Shown here one piece after another: positions 30,278 to 39,615 of a stretch of 64,000 nucleotides of DNA. The translations under genes and the position numbers were made by a program. This DNA is from an uncultured virus (IMG/VR IMGVR_UViG_3300028840_008159). Lineage: Duplodnaviria; Heunggongvirae; Uroviricota; Caudoviricetes. The DNA lies in IMG/VR virus record IMGVR_UViG_3300028840_008159; one strand, given 5' to 3'. Under the pieces are notes generated by a model. The model was given only the letters and a program-made list of their open reading frames with translations. It was not told the DNA's origin and did no database searches. Position 1 is the first letter of the stretch; each line of letters opens with the position of its first letter.

Positions 30278-30306
30278 TAGCTTCGTACGGCACCACTGGA
30301 CGTGTC

Positions 30307-30336
30307 TCGGGGGCCATTCCTGGCCCCCGATTTTTT
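30307..30336 (+). terminator. intrinsic terminator
   Basis: TCGGGGGCCA-TTCC-TGGCCCCCGA followed by TTTTTT. Confidence 0.85.
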
Positions 30337-30545
30337 ATGAAAAAGGATTGCGCCCGCACGGAAATAAACTATAAACCAGCGAGAGCACGCCGCCCGGAGC
30401 GAACTCGGCCCGCCCCGCCGCGCTTCACGGTGATCTTGGACGGATCGGCCCCGGACGTTTCCCCGTTTTCCTCCTTTCCCCACGCGGCCCCTTTACGGGG
30501 CCGCTCCTCCCATATCCGACCGACGATCGGCCGGGCCGTTCTTGT

Positions 30546-30983
30546 ATGATGAGCCAGAAGGAGGACTCACCAATGCTGGTACAGATCAAGCGATGGCGCG
30601 TCACCAAGGTCGGGATGGGCTTCCTGCGGGCCGCCGCGGGCGTGGACGACCTGGCGGAGGGGCCGGCGATCCTGGCCGGGCTGCGAAAGACGTTCGGCCC
30701 CCTGGGCCCGCGGATTCGCATCTTCTTCCCGGAGAGGGGTGCCGACCGGGGGCCTGGCGACGCCACCCCATCTACGGCGACGGTCGTCGTGGGGATCGAG
30801 GTGGAGAGCTTCGATGTCCGGGCGCCGGGCTTGCCGTTCGCCGGCATGTGTCACGCCGATCCCCTGGACGAGGTTGACCTGGCCCGTGAGGAGGGAGCGT
30901 TGCGGGCGGAGATGGAGCGTCTTGGCATCCGGGTCGAGGTGGAGCACATGGAATGGCGGTTCGGCTACGACCTGAGGGATTGA
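30546..30983 (+). CDS. hypothetical protein
   Basis: ORF; start may be 30573 after GGAGG. Confidence 0.55.
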   Translation: MMSQKEDSPMLVQIKRWRVTKVGMGFLRAAAGVDDLAEGPAILAGLRKTFGPLGPRIRIFFPERGADRGPGDATPSTATVVVGIEVESFDVRAPGLPFAGMCHADPLDEVDLAREEGALRAEMERLGIRVEVEHMEWRFGYDLRD

Positions 30984-31008
30984 AACTGAGGGATTGAGGA
31001 GGACACGC

Positions 31009-31446
31009 ATGAAGTTCCGCTACGAGGCGCATGACAGGCTATCGAATCCCAAGAAGGGCGAGATCGAGGCCAAGGACAAGGAGGAGGCCGCGAGCCTCCT
31101 CAGGGGGAAGGACTTGTTCGTGCTACACCTGGAGGAGGTCGGGCCGGAGCCGCAGAAGACCGTCCTGGACCATGACAAGCTGATGAACCCGCAGGCGGAC
31201 TTGCCCCCGGACATCGATGACATCGAGGGCGATATCGAGGCGATGAGGGAGGAGGCCAGGGTGGCCGAGGAGGAGGAGTTCAAGTCGGACGTGGCGAGGG
31301 CGTGGGAAACGTGCAAGCTCGTCCAGTCCCACCTGGTCGAGGCGGGGTGCCCCCCGGCCCAGGCCGAGGACGTGGGATCGTCGGTGTTGAAGGAGCTGGT
31401 CGCGGAGATGGCGATCAGGAAGCTACACAAGGAGATCGAGTCCTAG
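31009..31446 (+). CDS. protein whose N-terminus resembles the PilC/GspF N-terminal segment
   Basis: MKFRYEAHD...KKGEIEAKDKEEAASLLRGKDLFVLHLEE; GAGGAGG RBS; no TM helices. Confidence 0.6.
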   Translation: MKFRYEAHDRLSNPKKGEIEAKDKEEAASLLRGKDLFVLHLEEVGPEPQKTVLDHDKLMNPQADLPPDIDDIEGDIEAMREEARVAEEEEFKSDVARAWETCKLVQSHLVEAGCPPAQAEDVGSSVLKELVAEMAIRKLHKEIES

Positions 31447-31870
31447 CCCTCCCGCTCCTGGTCCCTGAGGTTCTCCGCCTGGTCGATCATGCCTTCCAGC
31501 ATTAGCTGCTCGGCCTCCTCGAAGAGGCGGCATTCGTCCTCCTGCGAGATGTTCTCGACTTCCTCGTCGGTCTCGGCGTCGAAGATCGCGGCGACGTAGA
31601 CGTCGCCGACGTCCCCCTCCGAGATGACGTTGACCTCGCGGCCATCTTCGAGGCTTGATCGGAACTCCATGTCTCATTCCTCCATGTCGGCCCCGCAATG
31701 GGGGCAGTCGTCGTCCTCGACGAACGTGGGTCGTTTGCAGCAGGGGCATTCCCTGGCGAGGGCCATTCCCTTGTAGTCCTGGCAGGACACGCAGACGCGC
31801 TCGTCCAGTTGATGCGGCCTGTCGCAGAACACGCAGAGCCTCATGGTGGCTCGTTCCTCTTGCGCCCTGG

Positions 31871-32191
31871 TCATTTCTCTTCCTCCTCTAGCTTCTCGAT
31901 GGTGTCCCAAATGACGCCGTTTCCGATGTCCCCGGTGACGTACTTGCCGAAGATGTCGATGGCCTCCGCGCCGGAGAGGTTCTCGTAGGTCCGGTGGCAT
32001 AGGCTTCCGTCAGGTCCGCCGTCCTCGTGCCAGACCTTGATGGTGAACCGGGTATGGCCCTTCTCGTCCCGGCCCAGGTACTCCACGCTCTCGACGTGGT
32101 TGCCGCCCGACTGGCAGTAGCCATGCTCCTCCCACATGTCCAGGGTGTGCCTGAATGCGTCGAGAAAGGCTTTTTTCACGTCGGCGTTCAT
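31871..32191 (-). CDS. hypothetical protein
   Basis: start re-picked at MNADVKK (GAGGAGG RBS, TGATG overlap). Confidence 0.7.
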   Translation of the reverse strand: MNADVKKAFLDAFRHTLDMWEEHGYCQSGGNHVESVEYLGRDEKGHTRFTIKVWHEDGGPDGSLCHRTYENLSGAEAIDIFGKYVTGDIGNGVIWDTIEKLEEEEK

Positions 32192-33237
32192 CAGTCCTCC
32201 TCGGCCTTGTACTTGAGTTGTTTCAGGGAGCAGTCCTCGATGTCGATGTCGTCCCGGACGCCAAGCAGGGTCGGCTGGTACAGGGAGCCGTTCTTGTAGG
32301 CGTACAGGTAGCGGACCTCGATGATCTCGTCCTCCTTGGGGATGGACTGGTTCGCGGGAACGGTCACGTTCCCGACGTTCACCATGTCTCCGTCCTCGTT
32401 CATCAGGAGCATCCCGACCGAACGCTTGCCCTTGCGCCCCTTGGTGACGATGCAGGAGCAGGTCGCGTAGAACTTGCATTTCAGCATGTCCCCGCCGGAG
32501 GCGGGGCGACCGGGCACGTACATGGAGTCGAGCTTCTTGAAGACGATGCCTTCCTTGTTCTCCTTCTTGAGCCGCTCGAACAACTCGCGCTTGTCCTTCT
32601 CCGTGACGGCCAGCGGGACGACCTTGACGCAGTGACCGAACTCGATCTTGGAGAGGTCAGCGTGTCGCTGCTTGCAGGTCTTCTCCTCCACGAGGTCGAA
32701 GGCGTGGAACACGTCGCCGATCATCTCGCCGTCGTAGTCGCCGTCCCACTCCAGGGACTCGACGACCGTCTCAGGGATGGCGACCTCTAGGCCCTTGCGG
32801 TTGGAGGCCGTGATGTCCGATCCCTTCCTGGAGATCATTATGTGTTTGCCGTCCTTCTTCTCCTGCGCCCCCCAGGAGGGGTCCTTGAGGTACTTGACGA
32901 CCTCGTCCTCGTCGATGGGGTTGAGGAGTTGCGGGACCATGCCCGTGACCTTCTTCTCCTTGGGGGTCCCGGTGTAGGGGGTCCCGGATTCGCCCTCGGT
33001 GTACCCCTTCGCCATCTTGGAGGAAACGAGCTTGTCGAAGATGTTTTCCGCGTCCTCAAGGGGCACGGGCGACTTGGTCTTGGTCCCGGTCTGGAGGGTG
33101 GAGCCGCGCCGACCGTACTGGAAGTTGACCACGTAGCCGGAGCCGTTCTTTTCCAGTTGGGCGTGGTACTCCTTGTCGGAGGTTCCGGCGCAGAAGTACA
33201 GGCTGACCGCTTTGATGACTTGGTTTGGCATCGTCAT
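32191..33237 (-). CDS. lig: ATP-dependent DNA ligase with N-terminal WGR domain
   Basis: WGR: SDKEY...QYGRRGS; motifs EKKDG, DGEMI, AFDL, EGIVFK, KCK; OB-fold EVRYLYAY...LYQP...RDD; start re-picked at MTMPNQ. Confidence 0.9.
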   Translation of the reverse strand: MTMPNQVIKAVSLYFCAGTSDKEYHAQLEKNGSGYVVNFQYGRRGSTLQTGTKTKSPVPLEDAENIFDKLVSSKMAKGYTEGESGTPYTGTPKEKKVTGMVPQLLNPIDEDEVVKYLKDPSWGAQEKKDGKHIMISRKGSDITASNRKGLEVAIPETVVESLEWDGDYDGEMIGDVFHAFDLVEEKTCKQRHADLSKIEFGHCVKVVPLAVTEKDKRELFERLKKENKEGIVFKKLDSMYVPGRPASGGDMLKCKFYATCSCIVTKGRKGKRSVGMLLMNEDGDMVNVGNVTVPANQSIPKEDEIIEVRYLYAYKNGSLYQPTLLGVRDDIDIEDCSLKQLKYKAEED

Positions 33238-33474
33238 TTCCTCTTGCTTTCCGGGAGCATCGACGCGAAGAGGAGCAACACCTGTTGCTCGTCCGCGATG
33301 ACCTCCTCGTCTTCCCCGTTGGGGCTTTCCTTGATCTTGTCCTCGATGAACTGGACGGCCTTCGGGCCGAATACCTGCGCGATCTTGAGGTACGTCTTCA
33401 GGGTGGAAGGCTCGCCGGTGCTGATCGTTCGCATCCTCGTTCTCCTCGCGTCGTCGGGCGGGCCTTCGGTTCAC

Positions 33475-34257
33475 TCAGATGTGACAATCCACGGCGACGA
33501 CCAGGTCGTCGTCGTCGAAGGACTCGATGATGGCCTTGGCCTGGTCGCCCCAGTCCTCCTTCTCGTCGGCGACCATCGCCCACCAGCCCATCCGGCCCTT
33601 CTCGTTCCACTTCCCGTCCTTGGTCAGGATGGCGAACGGGACCAGGTCGTCCTCGTCCTTCTTGAGCAGTTCCTTGACCTGCTTGCCGCTGGCCCAGTCC
33701 ACGCCGTCGCCGAAGTAGTTGGACCACCTGCCGCCGACCTGCCACCAGTCCCACTTGGAGTCGGGGTTGTAGGTGGTCTTGGCTATGCCCGTCCCCTTGC
33801 ATTCGTCGCAGTCGGCGTCGGGCTTCAGCTTCTTCTCAAGCTGCGGGCGCCGTTTCTTCTCCAGGGCGTCCCGCTCGTCGGCCTTGATGAACTTTTTCCA
33901 GGCGGCGTCCTGCTCCTTCTCAAGGCTCGCGATGTCGTCGCGGAGCCTCTTCCGCGTCTCCTTGTCGTTCGTGGTCTCCATCGCGTTCCAGAGCGCGTTC
34001 TGCTTGTCTTGCAGGTCGCGGGACGCCGGGAGGTCGCGGAACTCGTTGCGCAGGTCGTCGATCTTGCCGAACTTCTTGGCCTGTTCCTCCATGATGGCCA
34101 CGTTGACCTTGTGCCTCTTGCAGTAGCATTCCTTCTCGTACTCAGGGACATCCGTGTTCTCGTCGAACGGCGCGAGCGCGGATTGGAGCCGCTCGTCGTT
34201 CTCGCCCTCGAAATCCTTGAGCTTGCCCAACTGGACCATAACCGAGAAATGCGACAT
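33475..34257 (-). CDS. phage protein (MSHF.V.V...KWDWWQVGGRW...VDCHI type)
   Basis: 260 aa with CDECKGTG; AGGAG RBS. Confidence 0.8.
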   Translation of the reverse strand: MSHFSVMVQLGKLKDFEGENDERLQSALAPFDENTDVPEYEKECYCKRHKVNVAIMEEQAKKFGKIDDLRNEFRDLPASRDLQDKQNALWNAMETTNDKETRKRLRDDIASLEKEQDAAWKKFIKADERDALEKKRRPQLEKKLKPDADCDECKGTGIAKTTYNPDSKWDWWQVGGRWSNYFGDGVDWASGKQVKELLKKDEDDLVPFAILTKDGKWNEKGRMGWWAMVADEKEDWGDQAKAIIESFDDDDLVVAVDCHI

Positions 34258-34276
34258 CGTTCATCTCCTTCCAGGG

Positions 34277-35029
34277 TCAGGACTTGGAGCCGCCGAACCC
34301 CAAGCCGGAAGCGACGAGCTTGAGGGCGAACCAAGCCACCAGGATCAACACGACGTAGATGCTGACGAAGCAGTAGAAGACCTGCCAGGGGTCGGTCACG
34401 TACCCGTACAGGACGACGATCCCCGCGAACGCGAACGCGCCCCCGCAGTCGGCCTTGCATTGTATCCAAGCCCCGACGATGGTGGCGAGGATCACGGGAA
34501 TCCAGAAGTACCTGAACCAGTCGGGGGAGCCAGTGGTAAGCTCGCCCGACGAGTCCACGGCGCGACCCTGCGAGTCGGTCCCCGCGGAGGTCCAACCGAC
34601 TGGCGGGGGGCCATCGGTGATGCGCGTCCAATTCCCCTTCCAGGTGACGATGCCGACGCCGATGTCCTTGTAGAAGCCGTCCGCCCATGCCTCGGCCTCG
34701 GAGTACGGTCTGTAGCCGATCCTCTTCCAGACTTCCGGGTACTTGTCCTTCAACTCGCGCAGGTCGCCCCTGAACTCCCTGGAGAGGACGAACTCGCTCA
34801 TGTACTTCTTCCAGGACAGGTAGGGCGCGTCGGTCCTCTCAGGGTTGCCGTATACGCCCCCCTCGCGGCATTCGGCACCGTCGAACGCGACTTCCATCAC
34901 CCTCGCGATGCGCTGCTCGTTGTCGGCCTTCCAAAGCTCGAATAGCTCGCGGCAGGCCTTGTGGGAAGACAACTCGGCCAGCGCGGGGGACGACAGGGCC
35001 AGGACCAACGTGATTACGAGTAGTCGCAT
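34277..35029 (-). CDS. exported or membrane protein
   Basis: signal peptide MRLLVITLVLALSSPALA; C-terminal hydrophobic helices; element at 35057. Confidence 0.8.
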   Translation of the reverse strand: MRLLVITLVLALSSPALAELSSHKACRELFELWKADNEQRIARVMEVAFDGAECREGGVYGNPERTDAPYLSWKKYMSEFVLSREFRGDLRELKDKYPEVWKRIGYRPYSEAEAWADGFYKDIGVGIVTWKGNWTRITDGPPPVGWTSAGTDSQGRAVDSSGELTTGSPDWFRYFWIPVILATIVGAWIQCKADCGGAFAFAGIVVLYGYVTDPWQVFYCFVSIYVVLILVAWFALKLVASGLGFGGSKS

Positions 35030-35068
35030 CTCCTCTCCTCCCTTCGAGATACTGGGCGGGCCTTCGAC

Positions 35069-35422
35069 TCACCTGGTCGGGAGCAGTACCTCGTAGGGGG
35101 AACGAGACACGTCCACGCTCCCGTTCATCTCAAGTCCTTCCAGGGATTCGAGTTGGAAGAACGCGACGGTGGGATAACGCTTGACGGCTCGTCCTGCCGC
35201 CAACACGGCGTATTCCTCTTGCTGCTCCCGCGTCGGCGTTATGGAGGGATGTCGGCTGTAAATTCCTCCCTCGTAGTAGACACGATACCCATCGGCGGTT
35301 TTGATGGCGACGGCGATCGAGCCAGCGGCGATCTTCCCGAACAACCCCTTGACGTGTTCGGGGGCGTCGGGCTTGAGCCTCACGATGGGGAGGCGCGTCT
35401 CCAGCAGGGCCGGGAAGTTCAT
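35069..35422 (-). CDS. hypothetical protein
   Basis: ATGA overlaps; the element overlaps its stop codon. Confidence 0.65.
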   Translation of the reverse strand: MNFPALLETRLPIVRLKPDAPEHVKGLFGKIAAGSIAVAIKTADGYRVYYEGGIYSRHPSITPTREQQEEYAVLAAGRAVKRYPTVAFFQLESLEGLEMNGSVDVSRSPYEVLLPTR

Positions 35423-35666
35423 TTCTTCTTCAGTTCCTTCCTTAGTTTCTCCACGTAAGCCCAGTAGGTCACGACGGGGTTGACATGCAGGACGATCTGC
35501 CCCGACTCCCAGTCGAATCCCACGCCGACGTTTTCCACTGCGGCGTTTTGGCCGGACAAGCCGCCCATGCAGTGGACGATGACGGCGTCATGGCCATGTC
35601 CGGCCTTCTCCATCTCCTCCATCTTTTCTCGTAAATCCTTGACCGTCAAGGCTTTTCGGGTATCGG

Positions 35667-36092
35667 TCATTTCTTCCTCTTTTCGGGCGGCTCATGAAGG
35701 ACCGTGGTTCGCTCTTCCTTTTTTAGCGTCCGATGGATCAGCTTGACGGCGTCCATGTCGCTGTCCATGGCCGCCTCGGCGAACCGGACGTTGACGATCT
35801 GGCAGCTCAGCTCGGACCATGAGTTGGCGATGATCTCGAACTTGTTGCCGACGGGGTCGGTGAACGACCCGCGCCACGTCTGGATCGGACCGGAGTCGCA
35901 CAGCAGCTCGAATTCGCCCTTGATCTTGCATTCTTCGAGGGCGCGCTTGAGCTGGTCGACGTCGATGTAAGTCGTCCCGACGAGACCCAGCAGGGAACCC
36001 TCTGCCAGGTTGGATACCCTGGCGACGGCCTCGTCGAAGGTATCCGGCGGGGCCAGTACGGCTCGAACGGGCATCAGGTCGTCGCGGATCAT
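35667..36092 (-). CDS. hypothetical protein
   Basis: 141 aa; element at 36130. Confidence 0.65.
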   Translation of the reverse strand: MIRDDLMPVRAVLAPPDTFDEAVARVSNLAEGSLLGLVGTTYIDVDQLKRALEECKIKGEFELLCDSGPIQTWRGSFTDPVGNKFEIIANSWSELSCQIVNVRFAEAAMDSDMDAVKLIHRTLKKEERTTVLHEPPEKRKK

Positions 36093-36178
36093 CCTACACC
36101 ATCCTTTCTATCCTCCTCGCCTTCTTGGGCGGGCCTTCGCGTCACCTGGTCATGAGACACGCCTGAGGACGCGCTGGC

Positions 36179-36724
36179 TCAGAACTTCCCGCTATCGACG
36201 GCCTTGTCGAGGCGTTCGCGCTGCTCGCCTTGATCCCTGTCCCAGGCGGCGTCCTGAACGTCCCCCATGCTCACGTCGAAGGGGGCGCCTTCGCCGAGGG
36301 CGACCTTGGTGGCCGCGGCGCGGGCTATCTTGGACAGCCGTTCGGGGGCCGCTTTCTTGCCTACCTTGTAGGGGTTGCCGGAAGGCGGCGCCTTGGGCTG
36401 ATCCATGCAACACGTCTGCAACTCGGACTCGACCTCCCCGCCGGGGGGGACCATGACGCAATGGCCCGTGTTCATGGTGGGCAGGAAGACGTGATCGACC
36501 TTGTGGGTCGTCCCGACGACGAGCAACCGCTGATACTTGGAGTCATCCGGCTGGAGGACCCCGCCCGTCACGGCGACCCGGTAGGGCTGGTCGGTCTTGT
36601 TCTTGATCTTCAGCTTGATCCCGAATCCTGGGGCATCGACCTCGGCTTCCAGGCCGGGGACCTTGTGTATGTCGCTCAGGTGGACGCGCTTGGCGGGTTT
36701 GACCGCGGGTAGCTTCAATGCCAT
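36179..36724 (-). CDS. hypothetical protein
   Basis: 181 aa, GGAGG RBS, degenerate element at 36750. Confidence 0.75.
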   Translation of the reverse strand: MALKLPAVKPAKRVHLSDIHKVPGLEAEVDAPGFGIKLKIKNKTDQPYRVAVTGGVLQPDDSKYQRLLVVGTTHKVDHVFLPTMNTGHCVMVPPGGEVESELQTCCMDQPKAPPSGNPYKVGKKAAPERLSKIARAAATKVALGEGAPFDVSMGDVQDAAWDRDQGEQRERLDKAVDSGKF

Positions 36725-36761
36725 CGGTTCTTCCTCCTGCCCGTGATGACGGGCCTATGAT

Positions 36762-37184
36762 TCACGATTCTTCCTTCATGGAACTGAGCTTCGGTATCGA
36801 GCCGCCCTTCCTCTTCTTGACCGCTATCTCGGCCCTCTTGCGGATCTTGAAGTACTCAATCGCCTGCTTGAGTTCGTCCTCGTCGATGCCGTCCTCGCGC
36901 ACCCTGATGCAGGGATCACCGCTCGTCGTCTCGATGCTCGCGACCTGCTCACCGTCGCACGCGAACTCCTCGCCGGGGTATTCCCCGCCCTCGCCGTGGA
37001 ATCCCCAGTAGGGGACGTCCTCCGGGAACCCGTCGGGGAATCCGAAGGCGTAGTTGGCCTCGTCTTCCTCGAAGAACCACATCTCGGTCCCGGCGATCTT
37101 GGCCCCGTCGTAATGGAAGATCGACTCGAACCTCTCCTTGTGTTCCTCGCGGCAGGTCAGCTCGAAGTAGCAGCGATCACCCAT
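36762..37184 (-). CDS. hypothetical phage protein (MGDRC...EEDEANY)
   Basis: start re-picked; overlaps upstream gene. Confidence 0.7.
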   Translation of the reverse strand: MGDRCYFELTCREEHKERFESIFHYDGAKIAGTEMWFFEEDEANYAFGFPDGFPEDVPYWGFHGEGGEYPGEEFACDGEQVASIETTSGDPCIRVREDGIDEDELKQAIEYFKIRKRAEIAVKKRKGGSIPKLSSMKEES

Positions 37185-37803
37185 GTGGCACCTTCCAGTC
37201 CTCGACGGGCGGCTGCTCGTCCTCCACCGGGTACTCCTTGCCGTCGAACCCGAGGATCGTGTCCGGCTTGTGGCCGCCGTCCGGCTCGCGCTCGACGATC
37301 CAACCGCCCCTGGCTTGCAGCTCGGCGACCAGGTCATCGTCGGACACGCGGGACAGGTCGGGGGCGACGGCCATCGCTTTGCCGTCGTCGGCGTCGGCCT
37401 TTTGCTCCATCCAGACGGAGAACAGGCCGAAGGCGTAAAGGACGTTGTTCTTGGACTTGGCCACGACGTCCTCGGCGAACACGTTCTCGCGATCGCCGGT
37501 GAACTCCTTCCAGAGGTCGTGCTCGACCGCCTTGGTCGAGTTAAGCCGACGGATGATGACTGGCTTGTCTCCGCCCATGACCAGGCAGTAGGCGTAGGTT
37601 TGTTTGCGGCGCGAGCCGAACTGGCAAGCGACGACCATGAACTGCCCGTGTCCAAGGGACACGGACTCGTTCCACTTGACGAAGGTCCCCTTGAGGGAGT
37701 AGCCTCCCTTCTCTCCTGGATCGAACTGGGAGACGTTGAAGAGCTTGCCCCACCGCTTGAAGCGGGTGTCGGCGTCCATGAACTCGCTCGGTTTGACGAT
37801 CAT
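37177..37803 (-). CDS. hypothetical protein
   Basis: 208 aa, GAGGAGG RBS. Confidence 0.75.
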   Translation of the reverse strand: MIVKPSEFMDADTRFKRWGKLFNVSQFDPGEKGGYSLKGTFVKWNESVSLGHGQFMVVACQFGSRRKQTYAYCLVMGGDKPVIIRRLNSTKAVEHDLWKEFTGDRENVFAEDVVAKSKNNVLYAFGLFSVWMEQKADADDGKAMAVAPDLSRVSDDDLVAELQARGGWIVEREPDGGHKPDTILGFDGKEYPVEDEQPPVEDWKVPHG

Positions 37804-38018
37804 CTCGGCCTCCTCAGTCGATCTGCAATGCCAGCTCCGGCTCGACGGCGACCAGCTCCCACGTGAGGGACTCCTCGACCGTCCAGCAATGCAGGTCGGG
37901 GTCCGCTACCCGGAGCAGCTCCACGGCCCGGTCGAGCGTCAGGTTCTCGCACTTGGTCTTGACGAGGAAGACGTCCTGGACCCCGCAGTTGGTGGCGATC
38001 AGCACCCAAAAGTTCATC

Positions 38019-38573
38019 TCAGCCTCCCCTGTGTCCGCGATAGCCGTCGCTGTACTCGTCCTTCAGGACGTCCTCGCCCTTGACCTGGAGGCAGCCCTTG
38101 AAGCCCATGCCGCATTCGTAGTAGCGCAGCGTGAACTTCAGCTTGGGGAACCTCTTAGCCATCGCGTGGATGACGGGGATCGGCGGTGACCACGCGGAGT
38201 CGAAGCGGATCATCGCGGAACGCTTGTAGAGCTTCCAGTCTGAAGCGTCGTAGCAGCCCCACTTGGTCCCCCAGTTGGCCAGGCACCACTCGTATCCGCC
38301 GGAGTTGAACCCGTCCTTGGGGAGCTTGCTCCAGTCCCTCTTCTTCTTGGGGAGCTTCCGCATCTCGCGGGTCGCCTCGCAAGCCTTCTCGTCCTGGTCC
38401 TTGAACGCCTGGGGGTACGGGACGAAATTGTCGCAGGAGAGGGCTTCCTCGAACTCCTCCTCCTTCCCCTCGATGTCGTGGGTCTTGCGCTTGGCCTTGG
38501 CGAACTCGATGAACTCCTGGATCAGCACGGGGTTGCCGTGGATGCGCAGGTCGTTCGAGCAGTGATTCGGCAT
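38019..38573 (-). CDS. DUF1281/YubB-like ferredoxin-fold protein
   Basis: MPNHCSN...WCLANWGTKWG...FDSAWSPP...LRYYECG; start re-picked after AAGGAG. Confidence 0.8.
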   Translation of the reverse strand: MPNHCSNDLRIHGNPVLIQEFIEFAKAKRKTHDIEGKEEEFEEALSCDNFVPYPQAFKDQDEKACEATREMRKLPKKKRDWSKLPKDGFNSGGYEWCLANWGTKWGCYDASDWKLYKRSAMIRFDSAWSPPIPVIHAMAKRFPKLKFTLRYYECGMGFKGCLQVKGEDVLKDEYSDGYRGHRGG

Positions 38574-38659
38574 CGGTTTCTCCTTTACGGGGCGGGGGCT
38601 TTCCGGGCCAATGCGGGCTACTCGTTCACCCGCCAAGTTGGACCGCCCCGCCCCTTATC

Positions 38660-39142
38660 TCAGCAAATCTCGAAGCCGCCGCAGTTCTCAAGGAACTCGG
38701 CGAACTCGGCCACGTTGTCCACGTCGAACGGGTAATGCGTGTCGAATGGGCGTACCTTGCCCGTCCCGCTACAGCCGTTGCAACCCCCCGGCTCGCATAC
38801 ATGAGGGACGTTGGCCTTCGCGTACTCGTCGGTCCGCGTCCCGGTCCCTTGGCAGAGGTCGCATTTCTGGTCCGGCATGTTCTCCAGCCGTTCCTCGTAC
38901 TCCTTCTGGTACTTGGCGCAGCGGCCCGACGCGATCTCCTCGCGCAGGATAGACGCCAGGAACACGCTGTCGTCGGCCTCCAGGCCGTCGCCGTCGTTGC
39001 TGTGTCCGTACTCGACCTGCTCGGTCACGCTCGGGGCCACCTCGCAGCAGTAGTTCCAGAGGGGGCGCCAGCCCCATACGCTGTTGCGGAAGTACTCGCC
39101 GCGCTTGTTCTTGGGGTTCTTGCCGTAAACGTCCATGCCCAT
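38660..39142 (-). CDS. phage protein with DnaJ-type CxxCxGxG motifs
   Basis: MGMDVYG...CDLCQGTG...CNGCSGTG; element at 39170. Confidence 0.8.
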   Translation of the reverse strand: MGMDVYGKNPKNKRGEYFRNSVWGWRPLWNYCCEVAPSVTEQVEYGHSNDGDGLEADDSVFLASILREEIASGRCAKYQKEYEERLENMPDQKCDLCQGTGTRTDEYAKANVPHVCEPGGCNGCSGTGKVRPFDTHYPFDVDNVAEFAEFLENCGGFEIC

Positions 39143-39189
39143 GGTTTCTTCCTCCTTCGGCGTTTGGGACGGGCCTTCGCGTCACCTGG

Positions 39190-39615
39190 TCATGCCGTGT
39201 AGACGAGCTTCGGATCGGACAGGGTTATCTTGACGAGTTGCACGAGCTGCGTTTTCCTTGGCCTCGGCCTCGGCTGCCCGGACAAGGAGAACGTCCCGCC
39301 AATGGACATGGCCACGATGTCGTCTCCCAGGGCGAATAGCTGACCATACGCTGTTAGTCGCACGGTGACGATATCTTCGAGCATGGAGAGATGGACCGAC
39401 TGGAAGACGTATATGTTGTTTTGGTGGGATATGGTAACGCAATCCCCCAGGAAGGAGTTCATCCCGATGGCGAGCGCGGAGAACGGGGATTCCGGGGTTT
39501 CCGCGTCAACGACGAGCCAGGTGGCCTTCGACGTTTTCGAATGGACGAAGATGTCCCCCGGACGGACGCCATGCCATTTGGACGCCCGTTCGCTGTTCTT
39601 CTTGCGCCTCGCCAT
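39190..39615 (-). CDS. hypothetical protein
   Basis: TGATG overlap with the VWA gene. Confidence 0.6.
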   Translation of the reverse strand: MARRKKNSERASKWHGVRPGDIFVHSKTSKATWLVVDAETPESPFSALAIGMNSFLGDCVTISHQNNIYVFQSVHLSMLEDIVTVRLTAYGQLFALGDDIVAMSIGGTFSLSGQPRPRPRKTQLVQLVKITLSDPKLVYTA

